Shown: positions 38,191-50,253 of the stretch, one piece after another
Layout of the letters: each line of letters opens with the position of its first letter
Position numbering within the stretch: the first letter of the stretch is position 1
Source: Podarcis bocagei
Lineage: Eukaryota
NCBI GenBank assembly: GCA_964188305.1
Contig: OZ076895.1
DNA length: 64,000 nucleotides
Strand: one strand, 5' to 3'
Made by a program: the position numbers and the translations under genes
The notes under the pieces: model-generated
Seen by the model: the letters and a program-made list of their open reading frames with translations, nothing else
Told to the model about the DNA's origin: nothing
Database searches by the model: none

Positions 38191-38970
38191 TACATAACAA
38201 TAGTAGTAGTAGTAGTAATAGTAATCTACAACTTTCCTAAGCAATGTAAGGTGAACTGGGAAAATAGCACAAACAAGCAGTGAATGGGTGTCTTCTTGCC
38301 ACTTGGTTCCAACGATTGAACACAATGCAGAGGCATTCATCACTGCCAAGAGGCTTTTGAGTCTAGAAATTTTTCCTAATGTTGTATGAAACCTGCAGCT
38401 TCAGTTCCTCAGTCAAAAGCTTCAGCAAAAAAAATTACCCTGCTCTTTACATAGCTGGGCCCCAAAGCATTTATGCACCCAGCATGATGTTAGAAACTGC
38501 ATGCTGTGCGGGTGTTTTGACACCTTTCATCTCATCACTTCGATACATTCATTAATTAAGACTTAGCTCAACAGTATAATGCAGCAGGCACTGTTGGCCT
38601 GGCCCAGACACCGTAACCGTCATCTTGCTATTTTGTATATGTAGACCTAATTAGGTGATGTATAATTTCGGAAACACGAGAGAGGAGGTAAATCATGTTA
38701 GTTAAATCATGCTAGTTACCATTAGATGAAGTTGTAAACAGGGGTCAATTGTCAATAACGTTCTTGCACCCACCCTGACTTGTGTTCCTCACTTTACATT
38801 GAAAGGAGAGTTAAAATGAGATAAAATGTTTGTTCTAAATTAGAATCCTGCCTCCCAATAGCAGCAAAAATAAGGGGGGGGCCTAACTGCAGGAAAAGAG
38901 CAATGCCAGGTAAATGACTGAGAGAAAATAGAAAGCGATATCAGAAGTGAAGTCCCTTTGGTGAGGAGTC

Positions 38971-39678
38971 TGTAAGAGAAATTTATATAGATTCAACTGA
39001 AGGAATGGGTTTCCCAAACCCAAAACTGACTGTGCAGGCAGTTTGAAACTGCACCAAAATCCCTATTTTTCCTTAGCTAAAATGCTTTAACTTGAGCTCT
39101 TGAGCCAAAACCCAGCTGTATAAATAAGTGCTCAAACTCTCTCCCTTATCAGTCCATGAAGGCCGGTAATGACGGATGGCTTTGTCCATTCCAAAGTGGA
39201 ACAGGGATGACACTCTGGGCCTTATCTTACATCCTGACCACAAAGACCACAAGACGCACAGACCTAGTCTGGGAACAGCGCCAGAGTGTGTTCTTGGAGT
39301 TGGTGACCTCTTGCTCCAAGATAAGAGTATAAGAACAGGAATATCCTTTTATGGTCAGAAGTACAGGAAGGAATACCCTTTTATGGTTAAGAATACAGGA
39401 GCAGGAACATATGTGATGTCAGCCTGCGTGTATAGGCTGACGTGGTTGGATTCCTAGGGAAGGAGGGAGAGGGTGCCTGGAGGATATATATACTGCATGA
39501 AATTTCTCATTTCTTTGGACTTGCTGTGGACTGACCACGCAGGTGCCTTTCTGCTGTTCCGGAGAGCAGAAATAAAGAACTCTTTCTCTGAACCAACCCT
39601 CGGTGTCATTTGACTTCCTTCCTCCTGTCTGGGAGCAACGCAGACCCAATCGCTGAACTCCAATAAGGCTACACAACA
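38971..39678 (+). mobile_element. Probable solo LTR (ERV-like), ~708 bp
   Basis: TG...CA ends (tgtaagag...tacacaaca) with a near-TSD agtc/aatc. A duplicated U3-like motif (ggaata.ccttttatggt..gaa.tacagga) lies at ~39338-39400, a TATA-like tatatata at ~39485 and AATAAA at ~39571. Confidence 0.55.
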
Positions 39679-41901
39679 AATCCCTAGCTTTAAAAGGGCA
39701 ATACCTATGCACACTTTAAATAAAGCACCTTCTCACAGAACATAATTGTGATAATAGAACATGATGCTGGGAAATCTGAACCACTATGGGACTTGTAGTG
39801 CCAAAAAGATACCTATGCATCCAAATAAGTATAATCAGAGTTCTAAGAACATTGTTCAGGGTGAATAAAACTTCTTTTGCTAACGGTGATTGGTCTTTTG
39901 ATAAATGCTTCACCACTGTGGAATGTGAACCTTCACATCAAAATCAAGCATTTAACAAAAGTTTTTTTGCAGTGCTCCATTTGTAAGCCTATGAAACAAT
40001 TCTTGATTTTTCATTATGCAAGATCTGGAAATATCTGACCAATATATCTATAGGGTTTTATAGGGGACTGGTACCTCTAGTGTGGGACACACTGTGCTCT
40101 TTCTGGGATAGTCCATCCACCTTTGGTCCCCACCCTGCACTCAACTCTCAACTGTGACTCCTAAAAGCTGTCAGCATGAGACAGCAGCCAATAATCTGTA
40201 TGATGGGTATACCCTACTGGAAAAGATTACTGGTGATGGTGGTGAGGTGACTCCTTGGAAAGATCTCTCACTAATTTTCTAAATGACCATATGGGAAATC
40301 CAACAATTTTATATTTCCGTTTGAAATAAGGGCTTTTCTATATGGTTACTTTCAACATGAAGGATTTACTCTCAGCATGAAGGATTTATAGATGACATGA
40401 GCATAAGCTTGAGGAACATCAGATTTCCTACCAGAAAGAAATCGTTTTTATATTCTTTCTTTTTTCAAAAGGGTTAAGCTCAGGGACTTCTCTGCAAAAT
40501 GCTTCAGAAAGAAAAACTAGCCACGCACTGCAACCTCAATTGTTTCCTGGTGGCTGGTGCACCATGTCGGAACACTCTACATTTCTGAGCTACCAGGCAA
40601 GACTTTGAATGCCACATATGACTGTCAGGCACTCGTATTATCGGATGTGTCAAAATGTGTATATTGTTTAGTTCTGCACCAAGTTTGTTTGGGGAGAGAG
40701 CTGGAGAGAGAGGGGACCGATGACAGGCTGTCTTGATTTATAGAGCAGACAAAACATCTTTGCAAAATCCAAACTTGACTGATCAGATGTAGCACCTTCC
40801 CTGACAAGATGGGAACAAGACAAATGCATCACACAGGAAAGGGGATTTTGTTTCTGCTGCTTCCAGGTGCTCGTGTGTCAGCGGAAGGAAGGGGAGCTTT
40901 ATTGGCTGTCGGAGGAAATGAACAGCCTCACCTGAAGGATTTTCATAAGCTGTCACCTCTAATAAGGCATGTGCAACAAGATTGTCAGCTCTCATAAAGC
41001 ATTAACAATGGCACACAAATGAACACAGTGGCCTGGTTTGCATATCACATTAATCCATAGCTTGTTTTTAACTATGGTTTAATGTGGCACATGAAGCAGG
41101 CCATACACTGATTGTACAATGAGCTGTTTCTTAAATTGTCCTTTATAATTCGGTTATATACAGCACAGAATTTTGGAGACCCAGAAGAAAGAGTAAACAA
41201 AAGTATAGATGATCCAGTTCTAACATCTGTTGCTCCCTCCCATACACTGTCTAAAGTTTCATGTGGGGCTGCAATTGGGAGTCAGATGGAAGCACTAAAC
41301 ATGGGCTCTTTGCAACGTTCTGTCTACTAGTGCAAGGGCTCTAAAGCTAGTGGACAGGTAAGTTTTAATGTTGTGCAACTGTTCTGCTAACAGAAACTCA
41401 CTGCACAACAGATTGTGCAATCTACTGTGCAACAAATTCACCAATAACGTGCCTCTGTGTTATCTTGTGCAACAGCTTTCTGCGGGCACAATTTTTTTTG
41501 CCAGCAGAGCAAGTATAACACTATGCGACTTTAGCTTAGCAATAAATTAGATACAACCCCTTTTGAATGCACAGTTTATGTCATCATGGGACCTTTTGCT
41601 TTGTTTTGCACTAGTGATCATGAACCTTTTGTGTGTCGAATCCAGAGGCAACTGTTTGAACACTTGGTACCTTCCCCTGATCTTCTACAGAGAACCAGAA
41701 CATTCCTGCAAGGAGAGACAGAAAGTGGGAGGTGGCTACATCCCCTGCTGGAGTGCATACAATGGGTAAATATGGCCCTTGGATGAAAAAGGGTTAACCA
41801 CCCCTGTCCTGAAGGCTCCGAATGAATTTAACCAATCCACACCAACCCAAAAGCTCCTAACACACAAGCAATACTTAGAAGGTTTAATAGAAGTTTCTCA
41901 T

Positions 41902-41991
41902 TGACTTTCAAAATCCAGTTCTAAGGTCTCAAAATCCCTCTGACTTTCAAAATCCAGTTCTAAGGTCTCAAAATCCCTCTCAAAATCCCTC
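41902..41991. repeat. Perfect 39-bp tandem duplication plus a 12-bp partial copy
   Basis: (tgactttcaaaatccagttctaaggtctcaaaatccctc)x2 followed by tcaaaatccctc. Confidence 0.9.
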
Positions 41992-43745
41992 ATCACTCAA
42001 GCTCTTCAGGGTAATGACCCTCTGTGACAACAGCACAGCTAAGCCAATGGCAGCAAGAGAGGCCATGACATCTCTGCATGCAGAGCCCCATTTACAGCGT
42101 ATGACCCCAAAAAAACCAAACAAAAAACCTCCCCACAGAACAACAGGAAGACTGAAGAAATAACAAAAGTCGCAGTTATTACAAATGGTTCACCGTCTGG
42201 GAAAAAATTAAAATTAATGCCCGGTGTGCTCTGAATCAGAGCAGAATCTCTGGCATGTGACCCCACCTACCACAAATACGTTCTTCCTTTGCTATTACAT
42301 CACTATGATGCAACAGAGGTTGCTCTGATCTCTCAAACAAAAAATCCATCAACATTTAATGAAGAAATAAGGGCAAGATATGTGGAATAGAAGCTGTCAT
42401 TTTACATTTGGAGGACTCAGGTTCCCCCAAATGTAAAATATTGTGAATCTGATTGCCTAAAAGCAGTTCTGGGTCATTACAAAATGGAGCTTTCCAGCAG
42501 GCTAACACCCCTGAAGATGGCAGCTTCCTGCCACTCATTGAGTTTATCCAAGACAAGATATTGGTGGTTATTTAGCCTTCCCTCACTACATCAGAGGCAG
42601 AGATCCAAGAGTCGGTGATGGATGTACCACCGTCAGCTTTCCATCCAAGCAGTCTGTTGCCTGACAGATGCCGTCTCCTCCAAGACAGAGGAAAACTGGG
42701 GTGTCAGGCTCGTTTAACTTCTCCACCCTTTTGTGACATACAAACAAAGTGATTTGGATAGAACTACTGCTTTCGGGCCAATAAGCCCCTTCACTCCTTT
42801 CCCTGCAACCATTTTTAATTGCTGCCTGATATTAATGAAGTGTGGCTGATACTGAGATATCCTAGCAGCCTTGGCACCCAGCATTCAAAGGATTAGGACT
42901 AACAGCATTTGCACAGTCTGAAACGCTATGATCTCCACCCCTCTCCCTCCTGTTTACAGCTCCTTCACTGCCTTCCCTCCACCAGCCTTGAGACTGCAGA
43001 CATCTGTTATCCAATTGTCTGGTAATAAACATACTCCATAAAGCATATGTAAAATTATTATTACCCTGAAGAGCCAAGTGCCTTTCAAACGGCAGCTGAA
43101 ACCAACAAAAGGAAAACTCATCGGTGGTGAACAAACGCTACACCCAGCTTGGTGGCCGGGCTGAGATTCCTTAGCCCACTCAGCAACTCACAGGATTTGG
43201 TCAACCTCGTTTCCTTCCCACCAATGGGAAATGTGCAACCATAGAGCAACACCACCCTCTGCCTAGAATACTAGCATCTGAGCAGATGTTGGCTTTCAAT
43301 GGATGACAGAGACGGTGACCAAACTTCTTTCATAGTGCTAATTTTCATACTTCAGCACCTCCCACAATATCTAATCAAGGAAACATCATGTGTGTGTATT
43401 CCTCATCAGGCTGGATGTCTAATTAGCTTTTCATAACTTTGTAAAAATCTATTCCCAGGAATCAACTCCTTTCAAAGAACCACTTGCCTGTTAGAAAATA
43501 ATATCTGCTATTCATTTATTACATGCAAGTGAGCCCCATTAAGCGCTGGTAATTAATCTGGGCCTTTGTGCATTACACTTGTCCTGCTGGAAATTAGGCT
43601 GTCTACTTCAGAGCCAACACATCCCTCCACTCCCCATTTCTGGCTTGCTGTTCCCAATAAAAGGTTGAGAGATACAGCTTCAACGCTTTGTGTTCATTCA
43701 TATGTTTACAGATGGGAGTGCTTGTGTTGACCTTATTCTCTAGCA

Positions 43746-43910
43746 CAGGGCTTCCCAAACTGTGTTCTGTGTGGTCTGCAGGCTCCATGCAAGTGGTCCC
43801 CAATATGTTTGTAAAAATACAATGAATAACCATACAACATATAGGACAGCACATTACAATTGCTCAGCAATTTTCAAGTGGTCTATGGGGAAAAGGTTTG
43901 GGAACCTTTG
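43746..43910. mobile_element. hAT MITE, 165 bp
   Basis: TIRs cagggcttcccaaac / gtttgggaacctttg; 8-bp TSD ctctagca/ctcaagca. Confidence 0.75.
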
Positions 43911-45269
43911 CTCAAGCACCTATACCCAAGAACTGGTAAGCTAAGGATTGGGACCTGCAGGGTACCACGAGGATGAGGAGCACTGGCCATAGCAAGGCTG
44001 ATATATCCTTGACATGCAGGATTACTCACAAGTTGTTCCCAGTAATGTTAATGAGACAAACTGCCTAATATGTAGGGTTGAGATTGCAGTCTATATTGCA
44101 CTAAAGTATCTCTGTGTTGAGTATCTGGCTGGCTACTGCTGAAAAACAACAATAACGGAGTAGATGGATCTTAGTTTCAAATCCATCAGAGACCTATGCT
44201 GCTGGTCATTTTTCATTTAGATGCTAGTTCTTAACAGGTCCCCTTTATTGGCTCCCCAGTTCTGGATTTCCAGCATTGTACCATTATTGTCGCCCTGCGG
44301 GGATAATTCCTTGCAATCTTGGGTGGATGTACTTTCAAGGATGGGTCCAGAAAATGGTCTAAGGCCCACCCCATTTCCCCCCAGCAGACCACCTGAAAAC
44401 TGGTTTTGTGTGAACCACAATGGCTTTTCTGCCTGTTCCAGCAACTGTAATGCACTGTGCCAGATGCTGTGTTATTGCTTCTTTTATTTCTTATGTTGTA
44501 TTTTTATATGTTGTATTACATATAATGCAATATAATACATGTAATATAATTCTTATGCTGCATTACCATTTGCATCCCATAGAATTCTAGCTGTAATAAA
44601 ATACTGTAGAAATAATATTAGAAGCAATGAAAATACAATTAAAATCAGCAGTGTCAGGAATGTTTGTGAACTACCCGTGCACATTCTGAAAATCACACAC
44701 ATAGAAAGTATGGCTTGTGTCTGTCTGCTAGCCCCCCTAGTCATTGGCTGAATTATTGTGATGTAACAACAGAAAGTTCACAAACACTCTAATTATTGAA
44801 AGGGGGAAAGCTTGGTTGCAGGAGATAAATAGCCCTGTTTGTTCCTTCAGAAAAAAATGCCACACCAGAGGAAGGAGGCAGAAAACATAGTGATTTCCCT
44901 GCTGAAATTTGTCACCACCCAAATCTACATTCTTACCCACAAGACAAGGATCCCTTCAGCCCTCTGTAGAAGAGTCTTGAGCATCCATCTCAGCCTTTCC
45001 TAACGATGCAACACTTGGTCATTGCAGCACAGTAGCTGTAGGTGTGTCAGTCACAGAAAGAAGCCAGGTTTCTTGCCTTGATGGATACTGCACTGAAGAC
45101 ACCATTGTACTCTAAGCCTGTTCCTCTCTATCAGCCTCCACTACAAGGCTAGCCTGAGTAGGAGGGCTTCTGTTGTAAATCCATTTCTCCTCTCCCCCGC
45201 AGTTATTGATGTGCTACTTGGCAAGGGGGGGAAAGTAGGTTAAGATGTAGCAAATGCCATCTTTTTTCC

Positions 45270-45790
45270 TCCCCGTGTGACAAGCGTATTGTACAATGAG
45301 AAGAGATCTTTCCGTCGTAAATCTTGCCCTAACCGTTTTTATGACACACATTATTTCCACTGCCTACCCATCAAGCTGGTAATGAAACCAAAGTGTGTCA
45401 TGAAAATTGCTATTCAAAATGTGTCATCTGTGTTTGACAGAGGCTGGGGCGGGGAGGAGGCGAAAAGGGGGGTGGGAGAAGAGAGAGGAAGTTTTCATTA
45501 TGCCTTACACGCTTGTTGAATGTCAGCAATGAAGATAATATCTGATCGCCCATGACAAGCTGACAGAAACGCTAAAGATGAACAGCCAGAACTACACGCC
45601 GCGGTGAAGCGGTCACTTTGAAGAAAGCGTTTCCCTAACAGTCGTCTTTCCTGTCACAACGCGGTGGCTGATGATTTTATGAAATGCGCTCTAAGCCAGC
45701 AAGAGTTTATTGACATCAGAGTCATTAGCTGCAAGTACTTCACAAACACAAGGAATCTAAACAGATTGCTTGTCAACTGGTGTTGCTTCG
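45270..45790. promoter_or_regulatory. Candidate intronic developmental enhancer (MEIS/TALE and posterior HOX/CDX motif cluster)
   Basis: 11 TGACA/TGTCA cores, GTCGTAAA, two TTTTATGA, TTTATTGAC and about 20 CpGs in ~520 bp with no recognisable repeat. Confidence 0.5.
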
Positions 45791-46327
45791 TTGTTGTTTT
45801 TAACAAGGCACGTAGGTTTGCAAATCAACGCTTCCCTTGCTTTAAAAGCACTGAGGGGTGGGAGAAGGAGGAGGACCAAGCATGGTGCCCTGCACCTTCT
45901 AATTCATGCAACAATTTTTTATTTATTTTTACAACAGGACCACTTGGGTGTAGCAACTCTGTGTGGCCAAGGAAGTCCCTGGGGCATTCTTTTTTTTCAG
46001 CCACGAACCTACTCAATGGCTGCAGACAGGCTCAACCTCACCTCACACCCAGTCCTGGCTCATCCTAGTGCTTGTTGTAAGCAGAAGTAAGATAATGCAA
46101 TGTATGTGAACATTTTGGTGGTTTTTAAAATTATGCATAAAGTGGACCATCACTGAATGGCAGAGTGCACACTTTGCATGCACAAGGTCCCCAGCATCTC
46201 CAATTAAAAAAGTATCAGGTAGCAGGTGATATGAAAGTCCTCTGCCCACGACCTTGGAGATCCCCTGCTGTCTCTGTTACTAGCTTCAGAGCAGACAAAA
46301 AGAAAGTACTGTTTCAAACAATAAGAG

Positions 46328-46575
46328 CATGGGTAGGCATACTAAGGCCAAGGAGCCGGAGCCGGCCCAATCGCCTTCTCAATCTGGCCTGTGGACGGTC
46401 CGGTAATCAGCATGTTTTTACATGAGTAGAATGTGTCCTTTTATTTAAAATGCATCTTTGGGTTATTTGTGGGGCATAGGAATTTGTTAATTCCCCCCTC
46501 CAATATAGTCCGGCACCCCACAAGGTCTGAGGGACAGTGGACCGGCCACCTGCTGAAAAAGTTTGCTGACCCCTG
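46328..46575 (+). mobile_element. Non-autonomous hAT element, 248 bp
   Basis: TIRs catgggtaggcatac / gtttgctgacccctg; 8-bp TSD aataagag/attaagag; ends shared with 4479-4908. Confidence 0.87.
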
Positions 46576-48464
46576 ATTAAGAGCATAGGAACAGCCCTGC
46601 TGAATCAGGCCAAAGGCCAGTCTAGTCCAGGATCCTGTTCTCACATTGACCAACCACAAGAAGGATGGGATTGCAATAGCAGCACGCTCTTCTCTAATTA
46701 TTCCCATAAGCACCATTTCCTCTGCTCTGTTGTTCAGGTCATCACCCTGCCCTCCTTCAAGTTCTTTCACAAGACTCAGACTCTCATAGCCCAGCCCCTG
46801 AACCCATTTGACAGTGACTCTCAACTGGGGAGTCCAGATCACAGGAGAGCTGCTGCATCCAATATCATCTCTAAGGAAGGAACTTCCTAGGGATCTCCGA
46901 AGAGGAGAGTGTGTTGGTTGCATCTGGAAGTGCTGGGTCAAGCCTTTCAAGTGATGAGTCTCAAAACCTTGCCATGCTGGCCCACCAACCATTTAAGGCT
47001 ATCATTTCCCCATGAAATGTCCAGGTGAGGAAGCAACAGGCACCAACTGAGGCTATCCAACAGCACCACCATGTGACTCCAAGCCTTTCAATTTCTCATA
47101 AGTTTCAGCTGCTTCAGCACTTGCAACTGTTCCAGATGCTGCTGCCACTGCAGCTGACTGTGGTACTATCCACCCTGCCACTCAAACACTTCATTATCTT
47201 GCTTGCATATGTCCTTGCCCTGTTCCACCTAATTGCAAGCTGTACCCTCTTGCTGATGCCCATTCTCTTCATAGCCCTGGTCAATCATTTGCAATCCAGC
47301 CCTATCAAGGGGCTGCTGTACCAACCTCCGCCCAGATGACATGTCTGCACTACAAACCTAACGTGCTCTCAGCAGTCATTGCTTTGCCACAGGAAATCCT
47401 GAAACTGCAATCCATGAGTTGGCTCTTTGGGAAGATTTCCCATTTCATTCATGCACATGGCTTATATATGTGAGCTCATGTATTTTTTATTGTTTAAGAA
47501 CATTTTATCTACATCGATAAAGAGTACATGATGAGTGTTAGATTTATGGCAAAGACTTTATATGGTTATGATGCATCATCCTTTTTGCATTGACCCATTC
47601 TTGCTTCTATCTTCATATCGTTGTGCAACTTTCCTGGGAACTTTGCAACAAATGCACTCTCTCTCTCTCTCGGCTTCTTAAAAACTCAATAGCTTTCTTT
47701 CCGGGTTTATTTGTCTGCTTGACCCCCTTTGGCGGCAAACAATGTAATTTATTATTGATCAAGAGTGGGGGAAAGTTTAGTTGTGGCTTGTAGCAAATTG
47801 TTTATCATTCACTGCCAGTTATGATTAATAAGTAGCGAGCGAATGCTGCAGCCGCTGCAAGGTAAGCTGATTTCTTGATAAACAGGTTTCAACTTTACAA
47901 GACCTCAAATGAAGGCCCCTCTGCCTTTGGAAGCAGTGTGTCAATTATTTAAATACGTTAGAAATTCTCAGCAGGAAAACTCATCAGGGGCTGCTGGAAC
48001 CTGCAAATACCTGAGCTAAGTAAGGTGGAAATGGGAAGCTTATTAGAGCACCATTCAAGTTTAATCTCCCTCCTTCCACTTTCCAGTATGATGATTAATT
48101 TTATTTTTATCATCAATTACTAAGCAGCAGCAGCAGGTTTGTTTCCCAGGTCAGTAAATAACAATTTTTGCCTTCTGACGTTGTTCTTGTGCTTTCCTCC
48201 CAGTTTTGTCCTATATCGCTTGTCTCCATTGCTTCTGTCATTATGCATTGTACTGGTACTGATCTGAAGTTCTGTTTGAAAGATTAGATTTATTCAAAAC
48301 ATGGATCTGGAAACCAATCCTGGCTTCTGCTTTCAGGCACAAAAATCAGTGACAGAACTGCTCAAACCTGCCTTGCCTCTGTCTTCACCCAAAAGGAAAG
48401 CAGTGTCCAACCTGGTGATAACATAATAAACAGCAAGACGGGAGCTGAAGCCCAAGAAAGAAAG

Positions 48465-49590
48465 AGGTAGTAAGTAAAGGAACACCTAGCCATTTTAAAC
48501 CAATTCAAATCTCCAGGACCTGGTGCGCTGCATCCAAAGGTACTAAAGAAGCTTGTGGATGTAATTTCAGAGCCTCTGTCTATAATCTATGAGAATTCCT
48601 AGAGAATAAGTAAGGCCCCTGTGGACTGGAGGCTGGCAATGTCCCTATCTTCAAAAGTGGAGTGAGAAGATCTACCATATTTTTCACTCTATAAGACTCA
48701 CTTTTTCCCTCCTAAAAAGTAAGGGGAAATGTGTGTACATCTTATGGAGCGAATACAGGCTGCGCAGCTATCCCAGAAGCCAGAACAACGAGAGGGAGCG
48801 CTGCGCACCGATCCCTCTTGCTCTTCTGGCTTCAGGGATAGCCACGCAAAGCCTCTTGAGTGAAGCAGGAGCGCTCCTCCCTTTTCGCTCAAGAGGCTTT
48901 GTGTTGCTTTCTTGTTTCTTGTTTTCCTCCTCTAAAAACTAGGTGAGTCTTATGGTCAGGTGCGTCTTATAGAGCGAAAAATACGGTAGCTGCTGACCGG
49001 TCAGCTTAATATTGATACCAGGAAAGGTCCTAGAACAGATAACTAAACAGTTGGGCTGTGGGCACTTAGGAAAGGAAGCACTGATTACTAAGACCCAACT
49101 TGGATTGCCATGCCAGACAAACCTAATTTCTTTTTTTGATAGAGTTACAAACTTGGTGGATCAAGGGAATGCTGTGGACATAGCTATCCTGATTTCAGTA
49201 AGGCTTTTGACTCCCCATGATATTCTTGTGGAGACGCTTGTAAAATGTGGGCTGGATGAGATAACTGTGGGGTGGATTTGTAGCTGGTTGACTGACCAAA
49301 TCCAGAGAGTGCTCACTAATGGTTCCTCATCATCCTGGAAAAAAGTGACAAGTGGGTAGTTGCAGGGTTCTGTTCTGGCCTGTAGTTGTTCTACATCTTT
49401 ATGAACGATTTGGACATTGAGGTATTGAGCAGATGCACATCTAATTTGTAGATGACACCAAGCTGGGAGAGGTAGCCAATGCCACAGAACACAGAATCAG
49501 GATTCTAGATGACCTGGACAGATTGGAGAACTGGGCCAAAACTAACAACGGAATTTCAATAAGAACAAATGTCAGATTCTACACGATGTA
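48465..49590 (+). mobile_element. Degenerate CR1 LINE ORF2 (RT) fragment interrupted by a MITE
   Basis: KSPGPGALHPKVLKKL..., IPGKVLEQI...CQTNLISFFDRVTNLVDQGNAVD (ORF 49012-49359), and FVDDTKLG...DDLDRLENWA. Confidence 0.88.
48675..48986 (+). mobile_element. Tc1/mariner (Tc2/pogo-like) MITE, 312 bp, with two internal hairpins
   Basis: TA-flanked TIRs ccatatttttcactctataagac / gtcttatagagcgaaaaatacgg; same family as 25816-26077, plus an extra hairpin aaagcctcttgagtgaa...ttcgctcaagaggcttt. Confidence 0.88.
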
Positions 49591-50156
49591 GGTTAATGTA
49601 GTTAAGAAAACTGAAGTGGGGTGCAGTTTTATGTGCATCCTGCCCTAGCCTTTCTGTTTGGTAAATTCTCTTGGTTCATTTTACCCACACAGGTGTCAAC
49701 CATAATTAATGCTAGTCAACCTATGCTTATATCCCAGGATTTTTTTGCCAGTTTGCCTGAATTGTTTGCACAATAAAGTCTACTTCTGCAAGTTATGGAG
49801 AGGCGCAAGAAGCTGAAGCATGATGAAACCCCCAGACCATCAGAAATCCTATTCAGCATACCCCTCTTGGCTTCTGAGATTTCAGCAGTGACTTCCTCCA
49901 CACTGTCAAGCCAATGTCACAGCTGTAATAAAGTAGATGCTTGACAATTTCTTCCTTTCCAGAGGAAACAGAGGGTCCCAAGATTCTGAATTCTATACAC
50001 AATATGAAACAATACGGTTTCACTGCACATTGGGAACAGCCCAAAGCTTTGCTATAACAAACTGAATATCTGAACACAGCCTAATAAATAAATGTTTTTT
50101 TTTTTCCATATTTACATTACACACACATGCTACACAAAGCAGTAGGATAGGGTTAC

Positions 50157-50253
50157 CTCAGAAGCGGGTGAAAGATGACTGTGATATTTCGGGCTCCTGG
50201 CTTGCAGACAAACTTTGTCCCACCGCCTTCGATCAAGTTGTCATCAGGACCTC
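50157..50253 (-). CDS. EXOC4: Internal coding exon (97 bp) of exocyst complex component 4 (Sec8); by recall, orthologous to human exon 10
   Basis: Minus strand reads gtgtttctttttaag|GAGGTCCTGATGAC...CCGCTTCTGAG|gtaacc, with AG/GT boundaries and a pyrimidine tract. It translates (phase 1 to phase 2) as (G)[31 protein letters not shown](R), which I recognise as vertebrate EXOC4 sequence. Confidence 0.96.

Larger units (their letters stand above)
1..50156 (-). other. EXOC4: EXOC4 intron downstream of the exon (continues beyond the window start)
   Basis: The GT donor is at 50156-50155. The next expected EXOC4 peptide (FIQEIEH...) was not found in the window, and vertebrate EXOC4 has very large introns here. 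Confidence 0.8.

Noticed and set aside
40060-40200. Fragment resembling a retroelement 5' region
   Set aside because: Too short and degenerate to assign a family or a ribozyme fold without a database search.
43370-43420. Hammerhead ribozyme cores (CUGAUGA here on the minus strand; also near 47985(-), 26266(+) and 55753(+))
   Set aside because: None has GAAA correctly placed after a stem II, or closing stems I/III.
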